Source of the DNA: Dehalococcoidia bacterium
GTDB lineage: Bacteria > Chloroflexota > Dehalococcoidia > Lucifugimonadales > UBA3495
Assembly (NCBI GenBank): GCA_965205385.1
Contig: CBDBGS010000003.1
Location: 80,691 to 144,690, forward strand
Direction: 5' to 3'
DNA length: 64,000 bases
Below the pieces are notes generated by a model that ran no database searches, was not told the origin of the DNA, and saw nothing but the letters and a program-made list of their open reading frames with translations. Of the stretch, positions 35,777-44,051 are shown piece after piece. A program made the translations under genes and the position numbers. Within the stretch, counting starts at the first letter, position 1. Each line of letters opens with the position of its first letter.

Positions 35777-35893
35777 TTACTTTTGCTGCATCGGTTCGCT
35801 GCAGCAGACAACCGTGCCCTCGCCGCCCTTGGTCACGATGAATTCGGATCCGCATTTCGCGCAGTTATATCGTTTACCGGTCTGGTTGGCCAC
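35777..35893 (-). CDS. desulforedoxin-like mini-protein (38 aa, GTG start)
   Basis: (V)ANQTGKRYNCAKCGSEFIVTKGGEGTVVCCSEPMQQK shows the same C-x2-C-x15-CC pattern. AGGGGG precedes GTG 35893. Confidence 0.6.
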   Translation of the reverse strand: MANQTGKRYNCAKCGSEFIVTKGGEGTVVCCSEPMQQK

Positions 35894-36114
35894 GGGATTG
35901 ACCCCCTTTGCCAGCAAGCTGGCGGAGTTATTAGGGCAATTATAGACAAGAGCTGTGCGGCGTTCAACTCTGGTAGGGCGCCGTCGAGCCCGCGATTTAC
36001 GCATGTCAAATATTGTCGCACCCGCCTTCGATCTCTACTGACTCGCCAAAATTTCCGGTGGGTTACTCTCCACGATATTCGTGGCCCCATGAACAGATAA
36101 GTCAATACTTGGTG

Positions 36115-36142
36115 TTGACGTTTCAGATAGCATGCGTATACT
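36115..36142 (+). promoter_or_regulatory. sigma70-like promoter candidate TTGACG-N16-TATACT in an AT-rich patch
   Basis: Hexamers at 36115-36120 and 36137-36142. It would drive a long leader toward 36277 and 36675. Confidence 0.35.
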
Positions 36143-36276
36143 TACCATTAAATATCATATAGCCATTGTACGTAAATAAGTGGCTAGGCTCGGAATGCGC
36201 TGGCACGGAGTCAGGGCCAGAGTGTCGACCCGGGCTAGGGTCAACCGCGCCGGATCACTGAGTCATGGAGGGGCTC

Positions 36277-36507
36277 ATGACACCCGTATTTCCGTATCAG
36301 GTCCGTCGTGCCGAGGATGGCTGGGGCGCGGAGTTGCTTCTTCGTCTCAAGAAGGGAAAGTCGGCATACGTTGCGCATCTGTCCTTGGAGCAGGCCCGGA
36401 TGTTGGCGATTGAGATGCGCGGGCTGGCTACCTCCCATTGTCCCCAAATCACCTTGCGTTGCTTTTGGCCAAATCGCTGGGAGGCCATATTAGCCATGTG
36501 GTTTTGA
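36277..36507 (+). CDS. hypothetical small protein (76 aa), weakly supported
   Basis: ATG 36277 is preceded by GGAGGGG. The sequence MTPVFPYQVRRAEDGWGAELLLRLKKGKSAYVAHLSLEQARMLAIEM... is plausible protein, but no family was recognised. Confidence 0.3.
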   Translation: MTPVFPYQVRRAEDGWGAELLLRLKKGKSAYVAHLSLEQARMLAIEMRGLATSHCPQITLRCFWPNRWEAILAMWF

Positions 36508-36674
36508 AACTCCTGGACTCGACTGGAGGTGTGCTGGGAATTTTGAGGGTGGTCTCCGGCGGCGAGACGCATTCGATGATACGGATTTCCAGCTACCGGA
36601 CGCGGACTCCGGAACTTAAACACCAGACTCGACCAAACTTAAGCCCAGGGGATGATGCCGTGACAAATAGAGAT

Positions 36675-37241
36675 ATGCAAGAAGTTGGAGTTTACCAGGC
36701 GATTTACGGGCGAAGAATGGCGTGGGAATTTGAGGATTCCCCGGTGTCCACATCTGCTATCGAGAGGATGTTGGACGCCGCTGTTTGGGCGCCCAACCAC
36801 AGGTTGACCGAGCCGTGGAGGTTCTTTGTCTTGCAGAAGGATAGCCCGGCGAGGCTGCAAGCAGCGGAATTGGCCCGGGAGACAGTCCTGGAACGGTCAG
36901 GGAATTCCCGCCGGGCCGAAGCCGCCAGCCAGATGGTGTTGGACCCTCCTTACGTGGTCTATGTGTATTGCGTTCCCGGTGACAACGAAGAGCAAACCCG
37001 GGAGAATTATGCAGCGGTCTGTTGTGCCGTACAGAACATGGCGTTAGCTGGTGTTGCCGAGGGGTTGGCGGTTACCTGGGAAACCGGAGGGGTGACTCGC
37101 GCCCCCGGCCTCATTGACCTTTTGGGTGCGGACAAGGATTGGACGCTTGCGACCATGCTATCCATCGGCGTTCACGGGGACCACACAGCCTCCCGCCGCA
37201 CACCGGCGTCCCAATTCGCGCGTTGGTTTATGCGAGAGTAA
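36675..37241 (+). CDS. nitroreductase-family protein
   Basis: ...AIERMLDAAVWAPNHRLTEPWRFFVL... and C-terminal ...LATMLSIG... The internal ATG 36675 is used because the upstream part of the track ORF looks non-coding. Confidence 0.8.
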   Translation: MQEVGVYQAIYGRRMAWEFEDSPVSTSAIERMLDAAVWAPNHRLTEPWRFFVLQKDSPARLQAAELARETVLERSGNSRRAEAASQMVLDPPYVVYVYCVPGDNEEQTRENYAAVCCAVQNMALAGVAEGLAVTWETGGVTRAPGLIDLLGADKDWTLATMLSIGVHGDHTASRRTPASQFARWFMRE

Positions 37242-37483
37242 TGTGTGGGACCTGACCCGCTAGCGGTGGACGTTCCTCCGGGACCGGCTGGCCCAGAGAC
37301 TCCGATCAGTAGGGCGTCGAATCGTGGCGTACCGCTGCCAATGCCGCGAGACTCAGGAAATCCGAGACCCTCGGCGAACCCACGTTACGGAACGTCCGCC
37401 CGGCTACCCGTGGCGTGTGTCACATTTGCGGGCCCGCGGTGTTTCGTATCGGCAAGCGCTAAGTGTTGCATGTTTCCTGCCGC

Positions 37484-37921
37484 TTAATCGGATTCCGCGC
37501 CATCGTATTTGAGCCTCACCAGGAAGCTGGCTTCGCCCAACGGTGTCCCGTCCAGCAGGATGGCGGCGGCATGATACCCTGGCCGCTGGACCGGTATCCG
37601 GAATAGCTTGATCCAGCGCTGGAATATGATGCCTTCTTCCCAGTTGATTAGCTGTGGCGGAGGAAGGTCCAGCGGCGCTCCCGGCGCTTTGATCGCGACC
37701 AGGAGATGGTGGGGTCCCGGCGCGGCTCCGGAGATGCAAAATGCCAACTGGACGTCGAGTTCCGCAAGCAGCGGGTCAGTCCCTTCAGTGTTCTCCTTAG
37801 ACGGGGCCAAGTCTATCAGGTCTATGACCCCCTTGAGCACTAATTCGCCGTTCGGGTCGTCTTCCGTGTCGTGACAAAATATGGCGTATTTTAACTGAGG
37901 GCCATTGTTCTCGGTTGCCAA
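37484..37921 (-). CDS. hypothetical protein
   Basis: 145-aa ORF with a TTG start and balanced composition. No motif assigned. Confidence 0.5.
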   Translation of the reverse strand: MATENNGPQLKYAIFCHDTEDDPNGELVLKGVIDLIDLAPSKENTEGTDPLLAELDVQLAFCISGAAPGPHHLLVAIKAPGAPLDLPPPQLINWEEGIIFQRWIKLFRIPVQRPGYHAAAILLDGTPLGEASFLVRLKYDGAESD

Positions 37922-38199
37922 CTGGGATACCCCTCCCTGGGGAATAAGACGTAGCTGGGCACAATTCTAGCACGGCTCATCCCCGCCGTTAACCATCCCC
38001 TCACGGGCGTAACTATTCAGACTCGAGGACGCGGATTGGTTGAACCCCACATCGGGTATCCCCATGATGATTCTCGAACGATGTCCCTCAGCCGCAACCA
38101 GTCATTCCCGTGCGGGGAGACCTTTGCGTGACCTTCCGCGACTCCCGCGAAAGCGAGAATCCAGAGTGCGCCCAAATACGGAGGACGCCCTCACCCTAA

Positions 38200-38220
38200 C
38201 CCTCTCCCGGAGGGAGAGGG
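38200..38220. repeat. REP-like perfect palindrome CCCTCTCCC-gga-GGGAGAGGG
   Basis: 9-bp stem with a 3-nt loop, flanked by degenerate ATTCCCGC...GCGGGAAT-type palindromes at about 38104-38160. Confidence 0.8.
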
Positions 38221-38297
38221 GATTATTCAAAGGTCTCCGCAGGCGGGAACCCAGAAATGCCAATGAAGTGACCGTTGCTGGTTGCAAAGGTTTCTGG

Positions 38298-38318
38298 ATT
38301 CCGGGTCAAACCCGGAAT
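38298..38318. repeat. REP-like perfect palindrome ATTCCGGGT-caa-ACCCGGAAT
   Basis: 9-bp stem with a 3-nt loop in the same non-coding stretch. Confidence 0.8.
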
Positions 38319-38448
38319 AACGGGCTGGGAATAGGAAGGACACATCAAGTCTGAACAGTTACTCACGGGCAGTTGTGTTGTGTACCCCGCCCATTGCCAA
38401 GCCGGTGTATTGCTGAGAAACTACGCCTGTCAGTCCTAGATCAGGAGG

Positions 38449-39084
38449 ATGAAAGCCATGTCGTTAAATGCGGGTAAATTCAATCAAGGGATGACTGTCC
38501 AGCAGTACATCGATCAGATTAAGGTCAACAAGCAGCCGTTTGTGGACATCTACGAGGCGCTCCAGGTCCCCGAGTCGGCTAAGTCTCTATTCGACGGTCT
38601 GCCAGGGCCGGTTAATCTGGCTGTGTTCACCGCGGACTGGTGCGGGGACGCGGTTAGCACGACGCCGGTGATACTACGCCTGGCCGAGAGTTCGCCGAAC
38701 ATCTCGGTGCAGGTGTTCAACCGGGACGATGAATTGGAGCTAACCAACAGCTTCTTGCCCGAAAACCGGGCTGGGACTGTTCCGGTGTTTGTGGTCATGG
38801 ACTCGAACATGGGCGAGATTGCCCGTTTTGTGGAGACCGCCCTCGAGTTGGTTCCGTCGATCGACGCTATGGACGACGCCATCGCCGGGGAAGTTGCCGC
38901 CGAGAGCGAGGAGAACCGCAGGGCCGCCAGCCGGGGCAAACGCATGGCGTTCCGGGTGTCCCACGCCCAGGAATGGGGAGAGGTTATCTTGGGCGCGTTC
39001 GGCAGGACGGTGACGGAAGGCCTGGATATGGCCTCGTCGGACAGGCCAGCGGTGGGCGGCACCAAATGGCCGCCGGAAGATTAG
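38449..39084 (+). CDS. thioredoxin-fold protein with a monothiol WCGDA motif
   Basis: ...NLAVFTADWCGDAVSTTPVILRLAE... occupies the position of a WCxxC active site. Confidence 0.6.
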   Translation: MKAMSLNAGKFNQGMTVQQYIDQIKVNKQPFVDIYEALQVPESAKSLFDGLPGPVNLAVFTADWCGDAVSTTPVILRLAESSPNISVQVFNRDDELELTNSFLPENRAGTVPVFVVMDSNMGEIARFVETALELVPSIDAMDDAIAGEVAAESEENRRAASRGKRMAFRVSHAQEWGEVILGAFGRTVTEGLDMASSDRPAVGGTKWPPED

Positions 39085-39102
39085 GCGGCCGGGGTTTCCA
39101 AC

Positions 39103-39369
39103 ATGCCTGACGAGATAATCAACATGGCCGACATGGGGGCCATCTTCTCGGTTACCGACCAGATGGGAATTCACCGGGAGTCGGTCCGGGTGGAATTGAC
39201 CAAGGAAGACCCCGGCTCCATTGGAAGCGCCCCCGGCGGCATCATCGAGATCACGGTGCCGGAAAGCGGGACCGTCCAGGAATTCTCCCAACGCCTCCAG
39301 TCAGAACTTGAGGCGTTGGGCTACGAGTTCCAAGAGCTGGACGACCTCGACGAAGACGAGGACGAGTAA
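39103..39369 (+). CDS. small acidic hypothetical protein
   Basis: 88 aa with the C-terminal run ELDDLDEDEDE. Lies 18 bp after the thioredoxin-fold gene. Confidence 0.5.
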   Translation: MPDEIINMADMGAIFSVTDQMGIHRESVRVELTKEDPGSIGSAPGGIIEITVPESGTVQEFSQRLQSELEALGYEFQELDDLDEDEDE

Positions 39370-39390
39370 CCAGAGCCGGGACGGGTCTTT

Positions 39391-39921
39391 TTAATAGGCG
39401 GTTGACCGCCACTCGAAAGCCAGAGTGGCGTACCGGACGAACACGGCTCCGCCCGGCGCCCCCAGGGGACCATTGATCGCCAGCAAAGCGATGGTGTGTT
39501 CCCCGCCCGGTTGAGGCTCGGCGGTGACGACGACCCTTTGCGGAACGTTGAAGCCCTGGACGGCGCCGAGTTGCCGATTGCAGTCGCCGTCGATCCAAAG
39601 CTCGCCGTAGTCGTCGATGCAGGTCTCGAAAAGGACCCTTGTGTCTCGGATGTCGTGGCCGTCCACGGTTTCGGGCAAGGTAACCTTGGTGCGGTACCAG
39701 GCGAAGGTTAGGCCGTGGGAGCGCCACTCTCCCAGGTCGTCGATGGCCTCCCAGCCGGAATCGTCGTAGTCCGGTAGGCGGGCCGGGCTTCCGGCCAACT
39801 GCGAGACCAGTCCTTCGTTGGGCTCACCCGGGACCAGGCCCTGGGCGAAGCGCCATTGTCCCCTGAGGTACGCCAGGGTCTGCGGGTCTGACAGGTCCAA
39901 ACTTGCTCTTGGCATCGGCAT
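39391..39921 (-). CDS. hypothetical protein with a galactose-binding-domain-like (GH2 N-terminal-like) sequence
   Basis: ...WEAIDDLGEW...FAWYRTKVTLPE...VLFETCIDDYGELWIDGDC... resembles jelly-roll sugar-binding domains (weak). Confidence 0.45.
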   Translation of the reverse strand: MPMPRASLDLSDPQTLAYLRGQWRFAQGLVPGEPNEGLVSQLAGSPARLPDYDDSGWEAIDDLGEWRSHGLTFAWYRTKVTLPETVDGHDIRDTRVLFETCIDDYGELWIDGDCNRQLGAVQGFNVPQRVVVTAEPQPGGEHTIALLAINGPLGAPGGAVFVRYATLAFEWRSTAY

Positions 39922-39975
39922 ACACTCCTGAACGGCTTTGTTGTTGCTACCGGTAATAACCCTATGGCTGCGCCT

Positions 39976-40623
39976 TTAGACGCCCACTATCTTAATCCCC
40001 GCGTGGATTCTGTATATCCGGTTGATGTTAACCAACATCGGGGTGATCTGCTCCACGTATTTTGAGTTGAACAACGCCCCGCCGTCCACCGCGCGGAGGT
40101 TGGGGATCTTACCGACCAACTCCATTACGCGTGTTTTGGGCTTGGCGTGGTCCGAGCAGACCACGACGTCGCCTTCCATCGTTGTGTCCGGCTCCTGAAG
40201 CTCTTCGGCGCTAATATTCTGGAAGGCGGACACGACCAGGGAATCGGGCAGAAGCTCCTGCGCTTCCTGGGCGGCGGACCCTGCCTCTACCTCTACCGCG
40301 CTGGCCCCGATCCCTCTCTGGAACTGCATCGGGGCTATGACGTCCACAACGATTTTTCCGGCCATCGCCTCGGGAATCGATTCCAGGGTGGGACGCTGTC
40401 CTTCGTAAGGGAAGGCTAGGAACACGACGTCTGCCGCGGCTGCGGCGTCAGCGTTGGCCGCGCCTTCGATGCGTGAACCGGGGGCGAGTTCCTTCAGCTC
40501 CTCCGCTGCCGTAGCGGCGCGTGAGGCGTCCCTGGAGCCGATTATCACATCCTCCCCCGCCAGTGCGAACCGCAGCGCGAGGCCCCGCCCCTCGGGGCCA
40601 GTGCCTCCCAGAAATGCAAGCAT
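39976..40623 (-). CDS. npdG: NADPH-dependent F420 reductase
   Basis: LAFLGGTGPEGRGLALRFALAGEDVIIGSRD Rossmann N-terminus and a length (215 aa) typical of Fno/NpdG. Confidence 0.75.
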   Translation of the reverse strand: MLAFLGGTGPEGRGLALRFALAGEDVIIGSRDASRAATAAEELKELAPGSRIEGAANADAAAAADVVFLAFPYEGQRPTLESIPEAMAGKIVVDVIAPMQFQRGIGASAVEVEAGSAAQEAQELLPDSLVVSAFQNISAEELQEPDTTMEGDVVVCSDHAKPKTRVMELVGKIPNLRAVDGGALFNSKYVEQITPMLVNINRIYRIHAGIKIVGV

Positions 40624-40781
40624 CAGTCCTCCAAAAACCCGTTGTCCAAGGTCAGAACCTACTATATCGGCTATGTTGATGAATAGGAAGAGTCCATGTA
40701 GATGCTCCGTCCCCGGCCGTTGTCTCGACGACCCCTGTGCCGCGAACAGTAGCTCGGATTCCGAGTCTCGAACATTCCCAA

Positions 40782-40810
40782 TTGACCGGATATAGGCGGC
40801 GCGCTATGAT
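40782..40810 (+). promoter_or_regulatory. sigma70-like promoter candidate TTGACC-N17-TATGAT
   Basis: Hexamers at 40782-40787 and 40805-40810, about 110 nt upstream of the Cys-rich mini-ORF. Confidence 0.45.
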
Positions 40811-40926
40811 TGCGCGGAGCCTTCCAGTCCCGGTGACGCGGTGAAGAGCTCTATTTCCAAGATGTTCTGGTCACATGGCCGGAACAGTTTCTCAAGGGTG
40901 GCTGGGGCCCGGAGAGGAGAAGCGAT

Positions 40927-41082
40927 ATGTGCCTGAGTTGTGGATGCGGTGAACCAGACGACAATCATGGTGATGACCGGCATATCATCCTTGCGGACCT
41001 GCAAGCAGCAGCCGAGGCGGCGGAGATTAGCGCCGAGGAGGCCGCCAACAATATAGTCGCGGCGCTGAGCGCCGGCGAGTAA
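40927..41082 (+). CDS. Cys-rich mini-protein (51 aa), not in the ORF track
   Basis: ATG 40927 is preceded by GGAGAGGAGA. The ORF reads MCLSCGCGEPDDNHGDDRHIILADLQAAAEAAEISAEEAANNIVAALSAGE and ends at TAA 41080-41082. Confidence 0.55.
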   Translation: MCLSCGCGEPDDNHGDDRHIILADLQAAAEAAEISAEEAANNIVAALSAGE

Positions 41083-41160
41083 GGATAGTTGTAACAGGGA
41101 CCCGATCCTGATCTAGGACCACAAACGAGCCTCCGAAGGGTGGTTTGATGTGACACAAAC

Positions 41161-41691
41161 ATGAGCATCAAAGATATTTTGCAAGGTAAGCCATTGGGGC
41201 ATCCCAGCCACCCCATGTTTGTCCACTTTCCGACCGCCCTTTTCCCCACGAGCCTGCTCTTTGATATTCTCTCCTGGGTGTTCTTACAGCCCGAACTGGT
41301 AATCGCGGCTTTCTTCAACATCGTCGTTGGCCTCGTTGGGGCTCTGCTGGCGATGGTTACTGGATTCGTGGACTATTTTGGCATGGTGCCGGGCTCTCGC
41401 AAGCGCCGGGTCACCACGTGGCACATGCTCGCAAACCTGTCCCTTGTATCGGTCTTCGCCTTAAGCCTCGCGCTTAGAGTCCCAGACTTAGACGCAAGCC
41501 GGACTGCTCCACACGCATTGGCGCTCTCCCTCTTGGGGATGCCGCTCCTTTTGGTGGGAAATTACTTCGGCGCCGAGCTAGTGTACCGGATGGGGATGAG
41601 GGTTAACACTGGCAGGCTTCGTGAAGCTCCATTGGTTCACAGGATCGTGGCCAATGTCCAAAATAGGTTCAGACCCAGACCGTCAGCCTGA
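41161..41691 (+). CDS. DUF2231-like membrane protein
   Basis: GHPSHPMFVHFPTALFPTSLLFD N-terminal signature and four hydrophobic segments. Confidence 0.65.
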   Translation: MSIKDILQGKPLGHPSHPMFVHFPTALFPTSLLFDILSWVFLQPELVIAAFFNIVVGLVGALLAMVTGFVDYFGMVPGSRKRRVTTWHMLANLSLVSVFALSLALRVPDLDASRTAPHALALSLLGMPLLLVGNYFGAELVYRMGMRVNTGRLREAPLVHRIVANVQNRFRPRPSA

Positions 41692-41731
41692 AGACCAGTG
41701 TCCGAGCCAGATAGAGAGGGGCTTTGACTTC

Positions 41732-42913
41732 ATGCCCGACCTGAAACGCACCGCTGCAATCGTCGGTATACACGAACACATCACCCGTTACGCTCCGGAT
41801 AAGAGCGAGCTGCAAATCCAGGGAGAGAGCGTTGTCAAGGCCCTGGAGGACGCGGGTCTGACCAAGTCGGACGTGGATGGCCTGCTCACAGCTTCAAGCT
41901 CCGCCCGCAACAGCGGCCTAAACCTGGCCGACTACCTGAATATGTACCCCAGCTACGTCGACAACACGACTGTAGGCGGAGGTTCGTTCGAGTTCCATCT
42001 TTCCCACTGTCTGAACGCCATCGCCGCCGGGCGGATGAACTGCGCCGTGATCACATATAGCAGTCTGGCGCGGTCCGGAGGCGTATCGGTGGGCACCGGG
42101 GGAGTGGCCAGGTTCGGACACCCAAGGCTGGAGCCTTCCCCTGACAGCTTCGAAGAACTCTATGGGCTAACTACGGTGGGTCTCTACGCCATGATCGCGA
42201 AGCGGCACATGCACCTTTACGGCACCACGTCTGAGCAACTTGCCGAGATCGCCGTGGCGGTACGTCACCATGCCTCGATGAACCCGGAAGCCCTGTTCCG
42301 CAACCCTGTGACGGTCGAAGACATAGTAAACTCCAGGATGATTTCCGATCCGCTGCATCTGCCCGACTGTTGCGTGATTACCGACGGGGGAGGGGCCGTG
42401 GTGGTTGCCTCAGCGGAGGTTGCGAGGAACTGCCGGCACACTCCGGTCTGGGTGCTCGGCGCGGGAGAAGCGGTGGCACACCAGGGCGCGGGCAAACGGG
42501 ACCTGCAATACATCGCGGCGAGGCAGAGCCACGGGCCAGCCTTTGCTATGGCAGGCGTTACCCACGAAGACATAGACATGGCTATGATCTACGATTCCTT
42601 TACCATCACTGTGCTGGAGACTCTGGAGGACCTGGGGTTCTGCCAGAAAGGCGAAGGCGGGGACTTCGTGACCGGGGGAAGATTGCAGATTGGCGGCGAA
42701 TTGCCGATCAACACCGACGGTGGCGGCCTCTCCTCCAACCACCCGGGGATGCGGGGCATATTCCTGCTGATGGAAGCCACGCGCCAGCTCAGACACCAGT
42801 TCGATGGGACCCCAAGGCAGGTGCCCGACTGCAACATCGCACTGTGCCACGGCACGGGAGGCGCGCTGGGTACGCGGCACAGCGGCGGGACCGCCATCCT
42901 GGGGAGGGATTAG
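41732..42913 (+). CDS. thiolase-fold protein (SCP-x/lipid-transfer-type)
   Basis: AAIVGIHEH..., ...CCVITDGGGAVVV..., ...NTDGGGLSSNHPG.... Paired with a DUF35 OB-fold gene, as is usual for this type. Confidence 0.8.
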   Translation: MPDLKRTAAIVGIHEHITRYAPDKSELQIQGESVVKALEDAGLTKSDVDGLLTASSSARNSGLNLADYLNMYPSYVDNTTVGGGSFEFHLSHCLNAIAAGRMNCAVITYSSLARSGGVSVGTGGVARFGHPRLEPSPDSFEELYGLTTVGLYAMIAKRHMHLYGTTSEQLAEIAVAVRHHASMNPEALFRNPVTVEDIVNSRMISDPLHLPDCCVITDGGGAVVVASAEVARNCRHTPVWVLGAGEAVAHQGAGKRDLQYIAARQSHGPAFAMAGVTHEDIDMAMIYDSFTITVLETLEDLGFCQKGEGGDFVTGGRLQIGGELPINTDGGGLSSNHPGMRGIFLLMEATRQLRHQFDGTPRQVPDCNIALCHGTGGALGTRHSGGTAILGRD

Positions 42914-42916
42914 ACC

Positions 42917-43327
42917 ATGCCGGACTGGAACAAGCCCCTGCCGACGGTTTCAGGGGAGACCAAGCCATTCTGGGACGCCTGCCGCCGCGGGCAGCTATTG
43001 ATTCAGAAGTGCGACCGCTGCGACGAGTACCAGTTCTATCCCCGGGGAATTTGCGCCAACTGTTGGTCGGAAGACATTAAGTGGGTCACCGCCAGCGGGA
43101 AGGGCACGCTCTGGACCTACACCGTCACCTACCAGAACCGCACCCCAGGATTCGCTGAAGACGTGCCATATGTGTTGGCCCTGGTGGAGCTGGAGGAGGG
43201 AGTGAAGATGTTCACCAACATCATCGAATGCCCGCCCAGCGACGTGAGCATCGGCATGCCGGTGGAGGTCACTTTCAGGCAGGCCAACAACCAGATTTCG
43301 GTCCCTTACTTCAAACCGGCGGGGTAG
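42917..43327 (+). CDS. Zn-ribbon/OB-fold protein (DUF35 family)
   Basis: FWDACRRGQLLIQKCDRCDEYQFYPRGICANC rubredoxin-like knuckle followed by an OB-fold region. Confidence 0.8.
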   Translation: MPDWNKPLPTVSGETKPFWDACRRGQLLIQKCDRCDEYQFYPRGICANCWSEDIKWVTASGKGTLWTYTVTYQNRTPGFAEDVPYVLALVELEEGVKMFTNIIECPPSDVSIGMPVEVTFRQANNQISVPYFKPAG

Positions 43328-43345
43328 GTCACCGGTCCCGACCTA

Positions 43346-43957
43346 TTACCCAGCCGCCTCCGGCTGGGAATTGATGGCGGCGACATGTTTACGTCGTTGG
43401 TAGGACTGGACGGTCCATGCGAGGTTGAGCCCGGCGATTACCAGAGCCGCTACCCAGAAGATAGAAGCGGCCGGGAGATTGTCCGTGCCGAAGGGGTGAG
43501 ACCAGCCCAGTAGGGCCACGTAGAAGGCAGCGAGGAATACCAGCGCCTGAACGAATATAGTTTTTCTCTCCTTCGGATTAGACTCTCGGCGGCGCAGTAA
43601 TAGGACCACCCAAACCGCATTCAGGCTGAGAAGCGCCAGAATCAAAATCACGATCAAATGAAAGCCAAATGGTAATAGACCGGGGGACGGGTAAACATTG
43701 AGGGTCCAACCCAGATAGAACGCGGCAATCGCCAGGACCAATAGCGGCAGATGGCGAAACGAGACGATTGTTCCGACCACGTTTAGCACCACCAGAGCCG
43801 AGGCCACGGTGAATCGAAAGGACCCAAGGACGTTTGTGAACTCGAGAGACGTGTGGATGGCCGCCCAAATCCCGAGGAAACCCAGATAGAAAAACGGCCA
43901 GGCCGCGAGCAAGAGCAATCCAGAGACGAAAATTCTGAGCGCTTTCAAAATGAACAT
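43346..43957 (-). CDS. hypothetical polytopic membrane protein
   Basis: 203 aa with 5-6 hydrophobic segments. Confidence 0.55.
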   Translation of the reverse strand: MFILKALRIFVSGLLLLAAWPFFYLGFLGIWAAIHTSLEFTNVLGSFRFTVASALVVLNVVGTIVSFRHLPLLVLAIAAFYLGWTLNVYPSPGLLPFGFHLIVILILALLSLNAVWVVLLLRRRESNPKERKTIFVQALVFLAAFYVALLGWSHPFGTDNLPAASIFWVAALVIAGLNLAWTVQSYQRRKHVAAINSQPEAAG

Positions 43958-44051
43958 CCGGTGTCACATATTCGTGAGAGCAACGACTCCTGGGCAAGCG
44001 GCTCCATTCCATGCGCTGCCGATGCGGCTCTCTGGCAGACTCGTCCAAGCC

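Noticed and set aside
38040-38354. 104-aa ORF (…LTLTLSRRERG…WIPGQTRNNG…)
   Set aside because: The sequence is a concatenation of palindromic REP-like elements. Such translations recur as spurious hypothetical proteins, and there is no RBS.
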